IMG/VR virus record: IMGVR_UViG_3300046168_000026
Span: 96,001-160,000 of that record
Source: a virus
DNA length: 64,000 nt
Direction: 5' to 3' (one strand)
In this document: positions 9,416-18,355 of the stretch, piece by piece
Layout: every line of letters starts with the position of its first letter
Numbering within the stretch: position 1 is the stretch's first letter
The notes under the pieces: generated by a model
What the model was told of the DNA's origin: nothing
What the model saw: only the letters and a program-made list of their open reading frames with translations
Databases searched by the model: none
Position numbers and translations under genes: made by a program

Positions 9416-10453
9416 GTGATTCTTAAGATAATTGTCTAATGATGTAAATGAATTTCTTAACCACGAATCTACATTTGCAAATGCGGTGTATAATTTGTCA
9501 TACATAAACATCTTTTTGAACTCTACTATGTTTAGTTGAGGTTGGTGTACATCCATCATTTCTCTAACATTAGATGTAATTGATGAAGATATCTCAGGGT
9601 CAGATAATTGCATTAACCCATAATTCATATTTATTGTATCTAAATTGTCCATAAGTTTTTTTGACAACTTCTCATCACACTCTTTAGAACATTTCTCTAT
9701 GAATGTGTCTAAAGAAAGGTGATTTTCCGTTAAAAACTTCATTTTAGATTCAATTGTCTTAATACCAACACCATTTACACCTTTTATGTTATCTGATTTG
9801 TCACCCATTAAAACTCTGTAAAATATAAGATTTTGTGCACTTACTCCGAAGTCTTCTTTAACCTCTGTTTCAGTATACATTTTCTTTTTAGTGGGTGTAT
9901 ACACTTGGATTCGGTGATTTACTAATTGTAAAAAGTCCTTATCAGATGAAAGAATAGTTACCTGCTTTTCAAAGTAGTGATTTGCAAGATATGCTATAAT
10001 ATCGTCTGCTTCTACATAATCTATATAAGTCATTGTTATCGGTAATATCTGTAAGTACTCAATTAATCTCTTAAATTGATTCCTCATAGATACTCGTTGG
10101 TCTTCTAAGTCCTCATATCCTGCAAGTCTATTTAACTTAGTTAACCCCGTTCTACCTTCCTTATATCCCTTATATACGGACTTTCTTCTGTTTGAACCAC
10201 CTTTTCCATCAAAGACTATAATAACACGAGTTGGTTTTAATCTTCTAATCGTTGCAGCGGTGGACAAGAGAAACCCTGTCACACCACCACAATGTTCACC
10301 ATCATCATTTAAAGCAGGTACTGCTCCAAATACTCTAATGAATTGATTAAGACCATCAATGATAAGAACTCTATCATTGAGTGATTCATTTTTAGTTGTA
10401 TTATATTCTTTGTTTACTTCCTCAAGAAGTTCTGCGTATTTACTATTCATCAA
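9398..10453 (-). CDS. 5'-3' exonuclease / flap endonuclease (T4 RNase H-like)
   Basis: IIDGLN, VFDGKGG, YKEGR, EADDIIA, SSDKDFLQL, GDKSDNIKGV. Confidence 0.92.
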   Translation of the reverse strand: MMNSKYAELLEEVNKEYNTTKNESLNDRVLIIDGLNQFIRVFGAVPALNDDGEHCGGVTGFLLSTAATIRRLKPTRVIIVFDGKGGSNRRKSVYKGYKEGRTGLTKLNRLAGYEDLEDQRVSMRNQFKRLIEYLQILPITMTYIDYVEADDIIAYLANHYFEKQVTILSSDKDFLQLVNHRIQVYTPTKKKMYTETEVKEDFGVSAQNLIFYRVLMGDKSDNIKGVNGVGIKTIESKMKFLTENHLSLDTFIEKCSKECDEKLSKKLMDNLDTINMNYGLMQLSDPEISSSITSNVREMMDVHQPQLNIVEFKKMFMYDKLYTAFANVDSWLRNSFTSLDNYLKNHFDIKK

Positions 10454-11576
10454 AATCTGTTACTTCAACATTATCAATATTTGCCTCTTCACTTGATTTC
10501 TTGTATGCCATAATATATGAATTACAGATTTCTTCGTAAAGAGATTCTTTTAGCTCAGGTCTCTCTTCGAGAATGTCTTCAAAATTCTTTGCTTGGAATT
10601 TTAGTTCCTCACCTGTCGTTTTGTCAACATAAGTGTACCATGCACCACTTTGAGTTACCAACTTATATGTTTTCATCATTTGTAACCATGAACCATAATT
10701 GTCGATACCACTATCAAAGTAGATATCATAGTCAACTGAACGAAGAGGTGGCCCCATTCTATTCTTGATAACTTGAGCACGAGTTTTGATACCAACTACT
10801 TGGTCAACCCCACCTATTTTAGATTTAAGTTGTCCCATAGATTTTAGTCTTAGTCTACAAGATGAGTGGAATGCGATTGCTTTACCACCACTTGTAGTCC
10901 AAGGGTCACCGAATGAAACACCTAATCTTGTTCTTAACTGATTTGTGAATATTAATGAGATTCGTTCTCTACCAATAAGATTAGTAACTTTTCTCATAGC
11001 TTTAGAGATAATAATAGCTTTCTGAGTTGCATAACCTGCTTGGTCATAATCTGCTGATAACTCAACCTTAGTTGATGCACCAGCAACAGAGTCTACTACT
11101 ATTGTTACTAACTTCTTCTTATCAGAACCTCTTACAGATTCTATAATAGAGTCGATTGCTTCAAATATATCTTCTACGGATTCAAGAGGAACATATAACA
11201 TCTTTTCGATATCAATTCCAATAGCCGCCAAAAACTCAGTATTACAAGCATTCTCAGTATCTATGTAAACACCAAGACCACCCTTCTTTTGAGTGTCTGC
11301 TATTGCGTGTGCAGCTAGTAATGATTTTCCACTTCCTTCTAAGCCAGTAATCTCAGTTATACGACCTACTGGTAATCCACCATTTGGTCTGTTTGAGATT
11401 GCCAAATCTAACATTGGAGAACCTGTCGAAACCCACCCATCAAGGTCAGTTGGAGTTTGTTCCCCACCATCCAAGAAGTAAGCCACCTTGTGGGTGGACT
11501 TAAACTTCTTGTTTAGATTGGTAGCTAAGATGGAAGATAGTTCATCACGAACTGATTCTTTCTTCTTCTTTGCCAT
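10443..11576 (-). CDS. recA: RecA/UvsX recombinase
   Basis: GLEGSGKS Walker A, YIDTE, VVDSVA, FTNQLR, TTSGGKAIAF. Confidence 0.93.
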   Translation of the reverse strand: MAKKKKESVRDELSSILATNLNKKFKSTHKVAYFLDGGEQTPTDLDGWVSTGSPMLDLAISNRPNGGLPVGRITEITGLEGSGKSLLAAHAIADTQKKGGLGVYIDTENACNTEFLAAIGIDIEKMLYVPLESVEDIFEAIDSIIESVRGSDKKKLVTIVVDSVAGASTKVELSADYDQAGYATQKAIIISKAMRKVTNLIGRERISLIFTNQLRTRLGVSFGDPWTTSGGKAIAFHSSCRLRLKSMGQLKSKIGGVDQVVGIKTRAQVIKNRMGPPLRSVDYDIYFDSGIDNYGSWLQMMKTYKLVTQSGAWYTYVDKTTGEELKFQAKNFEDILEERPELKESLYEEICNSYIMAYKKSSEEANIDNVEVTDFDE

Positions 11577-11579
11577 AAA

Positions 11580-12341
11580 TTATTCGTTAAATAAGTCGTC
11601 AAACGCCTCTTTTACATTACTTGCTGGAGAGGTTGCAGTTGTAGTTTCTTTAACTTCAACTTTAGGTTCTTCTTTTTTATCAGAAACTTCACCTGTATCT
11701 AACCATTCTTTCAACATTCCTTCCATTTCCTCATAAGAAACTTTTTTGAACATATCACCAAGAACGATTTGGTCTTTAGAGGTTTCTAAAATGTTCTTAT
11801 CCTCTGAGATAGGTGTTGTATTAGGTTTTACTCTGATGTATGTCTCAGGATAAGTTTTACCTAATTCTGCAGCAGTTTTAAATTCTACTGTTACATCTCT
11901 ACCATTCACAGGGTCAGTTAAATCACCATAGTCAGGGTCAGCGAAGAATCCAAGAAGTTCTTGGTATACATTCTTACCGAATCCCCAAAACTTAACACCT
12001 TCAGACTCTTCACCTCTAACGATGATAGGAACATAAGTTCTCATCTTTGGAGTTAATTTTCTTGAAAGTTGGTAATCGTTTCTGTCACCTGTTGCTTTCA
12101 ACTTTTCTGCAAACTCTAAAATAGGGTCTGCTTCACCAAAAGAACTTGGGCTGATAATGTTTTTACCACCAAATCCAAAATGGAAATAAAGTTCGATGAA
12201 CGGGTTAGAAGGATTGTGAACATAAGGAAGAATCCTTACTTGTTGTTTGCCGGGTTGTGGTTTCCACAAGTTGTCGGTCTTTGTTACTTTGGTCTGAAGA
12301 GAATTCAGACGATTGCGGATTGCGTTTAAATCAATTGCCAT
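11580..12341 (-). CDS. Single-stranded DNA-binding protein (gp32-like)
   Basis: VRILP, FWGFGK, DLTDPVNGRD, acidic tail ending FDDLFNE; next to recA. Confidence 0.8.
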   Translation of the reverse strand: MAIDLNAIRNRLNSLQTKVTKTDNLWKPQPGKQQVRILPYVHNPSNPFIELYFHFGFGGKNIISPSSFGEADPILEFAEKLKATGDRNDYQLSRKLTPKMRTYVPIIVRGEESEGVKFWGFGKNVYQELLGFFADPDYGDLTDPVNGRDVTVEFKTAAELGKTYPETYIRVKPNTTPISEDKNILETSKDQIVLGDMFKKVSYEEMEGMLKEWLDTGEVSDKKEEPKVEVKETTTATSPASNVKEAFDDLFNE

Positions 12342-12380
12342 AATTTACCTTTTTTAATTATTAATTATTTATGTTAGTCA

Positions 12381-12412
12381 CTAATATACAACATTTGGTT
12401 GACAAATCCAAA
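12381..12412 (-). promoter_or_regulatory. Bacteroidota-type -33/-7 promoter upstream of SSB; a late-type motif also lies at 12455-12462
   Basis: TTTG-N20-TATATTAG. Confidence 0.6.
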
Positions 12413-12495
12413 TATATTCTTAATTATTTTTTATTTTGTTCTTTTCAGTACTACTATAAATATGTAAAAATATTTAATAACGCAGTTTATATGAA

Positions 12496-13375
12496 TTAAA
12501 TCAGATTAGTTAGTATTCCCTCATTGACGAGTTCCAAATAGTGGTTTCTGTAATCTATATCTTCCATATCACCTTGTCTTAATTCAATAGGAGTACTGTA
12601 TTCTTGATTCATTGCGAAAATACGAACTGACTCTTCAAAATCAGGTATTCTATCATATAACTTCATACCATCATAGTACTCAGCAAACGGACTCTTTGCG
12701 TCCCAATTTGTATGAATCATTAAATCTTGCTCGTACCATTTGTATCGTTTACCTACTTGTAATGTTCCTGTTCCCGTTAACAACTTACTTCGAGGTTTAC
12801 TCCTATCGTATGGATTTTGGATTGGTCGTCTAGCATCCTTTTCATAATACCATGGCCATTGTTCGTGTTGAAACATCCAAAACCCATCTTTAAATTTTGT
12901 TTTAGGTGCATATGAGTGTTTAAGCATTGGTTCATGAACTTCAGAATCAAAATTAGAACCACCTGAAATATGCTTTACATAAGTGTAATATCTTTGAAAG
13001 ATTTTGTATTGTTCTTCTGATGGACTATTAATGAACACAAGGTCAATACATTCCCATGCCATTCTGAATATCTTTATTACATCTTCGTGTAGTATTGGTC
13101 TAACTAAATCCCCATACTCCCCAAATTGAAGCTTTAAGAAAATCTAACTGCTCTCTTGTAAAGTCGTGTACTAAATATATCCATTTGAATTGTTCAGAGT
13201 CTACAAATTTTTGAATTAACTCATCATCAGTATAACCGACTATAACCGCAGTTCGTTTTGGTTGAAAATCAACTGGTATAGATTTACCACTACCTATCTG
13301 ATAATTGTCTTTATGAAAATTGTGTCTTTTGATACATGATAACATATCATCAAGACCATTATAACTTTTTTGCAT
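12496..13375 (-). CDS. Hypothetical protein, probably one ~292-aa gene split by a 1-nt insertion near 13135-13142
   Basis: ORFs 13100..13375 and 12496..13062 join as ...EQLDF-LKLQFGEYGDLVRPILHEDVIKIFRMAWE... if one base is removed; 880-1 nt is a multiple of 3. Confidence 0.55.
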
Positions 13376-13380
13376 ATAAC

Positions 13381-13770
13381 TTAGTTTACATTGACTATTC
13401 TAAATAAACTTGTATTTAATATTTTGTATCCATCACCTTCTGTTAGAATCATAGAGTTTCTATAACTATCCCAATCAATTTTATATGTTTTATCCTCAAC
13501 ACCACCATTTAAGTCTACAATCAATCTATTCAATGCGTTGATTGTGTAAATAGTGTTTGACTCTTTCTTACGATGTGCTAATATAGTACTTCCTAAGAAT
13601 TTTCTTTCATTGTTTGGTATGATGTTATAACTAATCACTAATTCTTGTGATGGTTTTAATTTTAAAATAAATATCTTTCTACTATAAAGGATGAATGAGT
13701 CTTGAATAGTTTCTAAAACCGATTCAAATTCAGCTTCATTAGTAAATGTACATAATAATTGCGTTCTCAC
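13381..13770 (-). CDS. Hypothetical phage protein
   Basis: Clean ORF in operon context (HRKKESNTIYTINALN). Confidence 0.7.
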   Translation of the reverse strand: MRTQLLCTFTNEAEFESVLETIQDSFILYSRKIFILKLKPSQELVISYNIIPNNERKFLGSTILAHRKKESNTIYTINALNRLIVDLNGGVEDKTYKIDWDSYRNSMILTEGDGYKILNTSLFRIVNVN

Positions 13771-13779
13771 CCATATCCC

Positions 13780-15873
13780 TTATTTTATCTTTAAAGCTGA
13801 TTTAACTTTTCCTAATGGAAGTTCTTGTGTACCTTCAAAGTTGTAACTATATCTACCAGATGAATTAGTTCCCATTCTAAATTGGGAATATTTCATATCA
13901 CCTGTTGTTTCATTTATACCTGTTAATCCATATCCCGTCATTGTGAAATACTTACCATCTTTTGCGTTTGTTCTTAAAAAGAATACCGTTGTATCTGATA
14001 AGTCTTTTGACAACTTGTCTTGTACAAATTTTTCAGAACCAGGAAATTGTTTATATGTAGTTCCTTTTCCATCTTTATCTACACCAAAGACTTTATATAA
14101 AGGTAATGTTGTTTTACCATATATCATTTCTTTCTCTATCTCTATTAGTTGTGAGTATAACTTTTTTGCATCGCCAGATAAATCACCCAATATACTTTTA
14201 AGTACGATTGCTGATTGAAAGTTTGTCAATAACTTAGCAACAGTATCTTTTGATACAGGTGCAGTTAAAGAGAGTTTTTCATATCCGTTATAGTAAAATG
14301 CTGGATTTGATATAGCTGAACTATACAATGCTTTTAGTTTAGTATCCACATTAGTTACTAATTTATCTAATACTTTTTGATTTGTTGCAATTTGTTCAAA
14401 AGAATCATATATAGATGGTTTCTTAGCTTCATTTAGAATACCTTCATGTAACCCTGCTCTTAGTAATTCTTTTTCTAATTTTTTAACTTCAGATTTTGGA
14501 GATTTTTTTAATCCCTTGAATATCTTTTTTGAGAATCCAAATAAGAATTTTCCTAATTGAGAAATTTTCTGTAATAAGTTAGAACCAATACCTTTTATAA
14601 AAGCAACACCCTTATTTAAAAAGTCTCTTAATCCCTCATTCAATTGAACTGACTCTAATGCCAAATTCTTAACATCCTCAGTACCCAATAACCCATACTT
14701 GTCTTTTAAGAATCCGTATATTTTACCTAATTGAGCTCCACCTTCTGCTTTTTTGAGTGATACTTGTATAAACTTAATACTTGTACCAATTATTGTACAA
14801 ACACCCTTTTTATCATATTCAACAGGTAACCCTTCACCTAACTTAGATATAAGTTCAGACGATGGGACATTGGATATAACACAATCAGCAGTATTATCTT
14901 TTACACCATCTACTAATTCAGAACGCTCAGTAGCTTGATAATATCCTTTTATATTTTTATGAGTTATAAATGCACCTTTAAATTTCATATCATCTGTAAA
15001 CTTGGTCATACCTGCCATTAATTGTGCTATCAAGAAATAATCACCAAGTGGCATTGTATCTAATTTAGATAAAATCTCATTAGGTTTTGCGTATTCTCCA
15101 CTACTTCCCAATGCTTTTACAAATTTCTGTTTTACATCGTTAGTAACTTTTGGTAAAGTTTCTTCGGTAGCTGAATTTAATTGTTTAAGTATACTGAAAC
15201 CATTTACATATGTTCCCATACATTGTGCAGTTTCCATCGTTTCTGTATCAAAGTTTACATCAGTTGGTTTAGAACCTTTTCTCATTTTACCAAATAAAGA
15301 CTGAATGTTTCCATTACTTGCAGTAATTATATAATTTTTACCAGTATCTTCAGCGGATACATATACAGTTTGACCATTATTTATTTTTACTTGAACACCA
15401 TCTTCAGTAGGTGCTATTTTAGTAAAAGGTCCTTTAGGTACTTTTTCACCTTTTGGTAATCCCATTTGTAATAAATCTGCGGTATTTTTAAGTGGTATGA
15501 ATTTATCACCTATTGCATATTTGTTATCATATATGGAAGCTTCACTAAGGAGTTGTCCTAATTGAATTAGTATATTTTCTTTTACTTTTTCTTTATCCTT
15601 TAACTTGTCTTTTTCAATCTGAGTCAACATTCCAAATTTGTCAATCTCTTTTTCGTCACCAGAGTCAGGTCTTTCTTCTTCTGGCTCTTCTTCATTATCT
15701 TTATCAAACTCTTGAATTAGAATATCAGCTTTTGCTTCACCAACCTCATCTATAAGATGATAATAAAAAGATTTTAAGAATTCTTCAGTATAAATACCTT
15801 CAGTAAGTTTAGTGTCTATATCAGACCAAACCTTCCGTAATATTCTATCTACTATGTTTTGGGATTTCTTCAT
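13780..15873 (-). CDS. Large hypothetical protein, possibly capsid-packaged, with a weak PD-(D/E)xK-like motif
   Basis: Late-type motif at 15877-15884; L-x-E sites (KLTE, LLSE, QLNE, ILNE); DNTAD...QVSLKK. Confidence 0.5.
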   Translation of the reverse strand: MKKSQNIVDRILRKVWSDIDTKLTEGIYTEEFLKSFYYHLIDEVGEAKADILIQEFDKDNEEEPEEERPDSGDEKEIDKFGMLTQIEKDKLKDKEKVKENILIQLGQLLSEASIYDNKYAIGDKFIPLKNTADLLQMGLPKGEKVPKGPFTKIAPTEDGVQVKINNGQTVYVSAEDTGKNYIITASNGNIQSLFGKMRKGSKPTDVNFDTETMETAQCMGTYVNGFSILKQLNSATEETLPKVTNDVKQKFVKALGSSGEYAKPNEILSKLDTMPLGDYFLIAQLMAGMTKFTDDMKFKGAFITHKNIKGYYQATERSELVDGVKDNTADCVISNVPSSELISKLGEGLPVEYDKKGVCTIIGTSIKFIQVSLKKAEGGAQLGKIYGFLKDKYGLLGTEDVKNLALESVQLNEGLRDFLNKGVAFIKGIGSNLLQKISQLGKFLFGFSKKIFKGLKKSPKSEVKKLEKELLRAGLHEGILNEAKKPSIYDSFEQIATNQKVLDKLVTNVDTKLKALYSSAISNPAFYYNGYEKLSLTAPVSKDTVAKLLTNFQSAIVLKSILGDLSGDAKKLYSQLIEIEKEMIYGKTTLPLYKVFGVDKDGKGTTYKQFPGSEKFVQDKLSKDLSDTTVFFLRTNAKDGKYFTMTGYGLTGINETTGDMKYSQFRMGTNSSGRYSYNFEGTQELPLGKVKSALKIK

Positions 15874-15885
15874 AACTATAAATAC

Positions 15886-17112
15886 CTAAATATTGGTCTT
15901 AACCATATTATCATAATTGTTTCCAATTTCTATCTCGACAGGGAATCCATCTTTTTCCATTATTGATTTAACTTCCCTAATGTAATTCTCTTCGTTTGCG
16001 TCAACATCGAACAGAATCGAGTCGTATGTATATAATATAGGTACTGACTTTTGATTCAAATTGATTTTTGACAATTTATCTAATATAAATATGTTTCTTT
16101 CTGTTTCAAGCGCTTGTAAAACATAATTAAATAATTTATTTTTATTTAGATTCTCATCAAATTTAATTTTTCTTTGTAAAATAGGTGTAACCACTTCACG
16201 ATTTCGTAAGAAATCTAACCATAGTGAGTTTATGTAATCTGATGTTTTTTTGAAAAATGGTATGTGATAGTACTCATCTTCCACCCCACCATATAGTTGT
16301 CTAAATGTGATTGCCTTTGCTTGACTAATATCTTTTCCATATTGATTTGCCAACCACCCATGTGCTTTCTTATCTAATGGAATATCTATGCCAATTAGTT
16401 TTGATATGAGTCGAATGTGATATCCATCGAAATCTAATTGGCACAATTTACCATTTTCGAATCGTGAAATAAATCTACTACGAGTACCATCATTTTTCTT
16501 AAGTGCTGCGTAATTTACTCCACCAAATGTATTGGATGGTCGTGATGTTGTAGTAAGTGTATTATATTGAGTATGTTCAAGTGTATCTAAATCCGTATAA
16601 AGTCCATTCTTTTCAACCCATTGTAATGATTTCGCATATAGTTGTGAGAATTTAGAAATTTTTGAGTCGACAAAAAGTTTCTTCCAATCTTCGAATTGTT
16701 CGTAGTGTTTCCATATAGGAATAAGGTCATTTGCTTTAGGTGCCTGTCGTCTTCTGAATATAGTGTAGATGGGTTTCTCTTGTACATCGAATGATTTAGC
16801 TTGCCAAAAGAGTGACATTTCTAAATCATACATATTGGGTAAGAAATCATAGTGATATAGAAAATCTTTCATTCCTACTATGTAAACTTCTTTAAAGTTG
16901 TGAAACTCTACCTTTTCGTCTATTTTACTTGCGTCTATGTTGTTGTAATTAACAAATAGGTCTAATGTACCATCTGATATGATTAGTGCGGATACTCGTG
17001 TCTTTATAGGGTGTTTATCTAAACTCGTAAGTATAGGGTACACCAATATCCTTTCCCGATAGAGTTGGGATATATGTTTCTTAAGTTGTTTGTTGCTATC
17101 TACAATTTTCAT
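15886..17112 (-). CDS. Divergent family A DNA polymerase-like protein
   Basis: TTSRPS...N, motif A LDFDGYHIRL, motif B AKAITFRQLYG, FNYVLQALE, motif C YTYDSILFD. Confidence 0.75.
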   Translation of the reverse strand: MKIVDSNKQLKKHISQLYRERILVYPILTSLDKHPIKTRVSALIISDGTLDLFVNYNNIDASKIDEKVEFHNFKEVYIVGMKDFLYHYDFLPNMYDLEMSLFWQAKSFDVQEKPIYTIFRRRQAPKANDLIPIWKHYEQFEDWKKLFVDSKISKFSQLYAKSLQWVEKNGLYTDLDTLEHTQYNTLTTTSRPSNTFGGVNYAALKKNDGTRSRFISRFENGKLCQLDFDGYHIRLISKLIGIDIPLDKKAHGWLANQYGKDISQAKAITFRQLYGGVEDEYYHIPFFKKTSDYINSLWLDFLRNREVVTPILQRKIKFDENLNKNKLFNYVLQALETERNIFILDKLSKINLNQKSVPILYTYDSILFDVDANEENYIREVKSIMEKDGFPVEIEIGNNYDNMVKTNI

Positions 17113-17118
17113 CCGTAA

Positions 17119-17150
17119 CTAATATACGAAACTTTTATGAATTATCCAAA
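17119..17150 (-). promoter_or_regulatory. Bacteroidota-type -33/-7 promoter upstream of the polA-like gene
   Basis: TTTG-N20-TATATTAG. Confidence 0.65.
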
Positions 17151-17476
17151 TTAATATCCGATAAACTCTAAGTCAATACCACTTACCAATCCTTTTTCAG
17201 CATAGTAAGGATACTCTTCGCTTAACCAATAGTTTTGAACATTATCAAGTTCGTTTATAACTTCTTCGTATAATTCTGAAGTATCATCATCACTTCCGTA
17301 TGATGCTCCCCATTGGATTCCACCACAAAGTTGTATCAGTTCATTGAGTTTATCCCAATTATTTTTATTGTTCTTAATACTAAGTAATATCTCAGCTTTC
17401 ATCAATTCTGCTACTTTGTCATTGTGGTCATACATTTCTTTGACCATGGTTTTGTGATTTCAATTCCGTATTTCAT
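17151..17476 (-). CDS. Hypothetical protein; probable start at 17476 (MKYGIEITKPWSKEMYDH) with a 1-nt deletion near 17440
   Basis: Track ORF is 17151..17447; adding one A to an A-run gives a 108-aa ORF starting close behind the upstream gene. Confidence 0.5.
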
Positions 17477-17486
17477 ATTTTTCATT

Positions 17487-17705
17487 TTATTTATACATTA
17501 TTACTACTGACCCAAACTTGTCATCAAACACTTTGATTAGATTATCATAATCACCACTTGTCATTTCTTTCATTAGTGGTTCAAATGGAACACCCACTTG
17601 TTTACAAAGGTTTTTTGCAACTCCTAATATGTAATATGCATTACCTTGAGGACCTGTCAAGTCTATTTCAATTTTTCCGTTACTTTTTGGTTTTGATTTT
17701 ATCAT
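17487..17705 (-). CDS. Small hypothetical phage protein
   Basis: IEIDLTGPQGNAY...MTSGDYDNL; own host-type promoter. Confidence 0.7.
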   Translation of the reverse strand: MIKSKPKSNGKIEIDLTGPQGNAYYILGVAKNLCKQVGVPFEPLMKEMTSGDYDNLIKVFDDKFGSVVIMYK

Positions 17706-17724
17706 ATCTCTTAATCTTACACTA

Positions 17725-17756
17725 CTAATATAGTGATAATATTTGAGACTACCAAA
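17725..17756 (-). promoter_or_regulatory. Bacteroidota-type -33/-7 promoter
   Basis: TTTG-N20-TATATTAG; marks the boundary between the structural and replication blocks. Confidence 0.6.
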
Positions 17757-17776
17757 CTTTTAATGTTAAGAAATTG

Positions 17777-18355
17777 TTAAATTTTTGCACCTTGTTGTAA
17801 GTTGGTAAGATATCGTTCAAGGCCTAAAAATGTATTCTGATACAACATAATTGTTCTTTTATTGGTATCAATAATACCTTTTTCTTCTGGTGTATCATTT
17901 AAAGGTCCAGCAATTTTCCATTTTAATTCGAGTTTCTGATAGTATACACTCTCTAACTCACCAAATCCTTCTTCACTTAGTTCATTAATAATGGTACTTC
18001 CCTTTCTTTTGTAAAAATACCTTGTTGCAAAAGAATTGTCATAATCTTCTTGAGTTGGTTGAAACAAATGAGGGTCAGGTATTACAAGATTTTGTTCATA
18101 ATCTTCAACTGCCTCTTTTAATACATTATATTGAAAAGTATTTTTCGCAAGTTGTTCGCTCAATATATAAAGTGGTACTAATTTTACAGATACATCTTTT
18201 ACATATACTGGCTGAGTATATATTTCTCCTGTGTTGGTATATTTGTGATATTGCCCAACCCATTCGTTACCATCATCAGTCATCCATTCACCACCCTCGG
18301 TGTATAGACCCTTTTGGATACTTCCTTCTGGATAATATATTCTTCGTCTTCCCAT
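17777..18355 (-). CDS. Hypothetical, probably baseplate-associated protein
   Basis: Translationally coupled to the upstream baseplate genes. Confidence 0.55.
   Translation of the reverse strand: MGRRRIYYPEGSIQKGLYTEGGEWMTDDGNEWVGQYHKYTNTGEIYTQPVYVKDVSVKLVPLYILSEQLAKNTFQYNVLKEAVEDYEQNLVIPDPHLFQPTQEDYDNSFATRYFYKRKGSTIINELSEEGFGELESVYYQKLELKWKIAGPLNDTPEEKGIIDTNKRTIMLYQNTFLGLERYLTNLQQGAKI

Noticed and set aside
4919-12341. RNR, thioredoxin, helicase, exonuclease, RecA and SSB block
   Set aside because: Standard T4-like replication module; no introns or inteins seen
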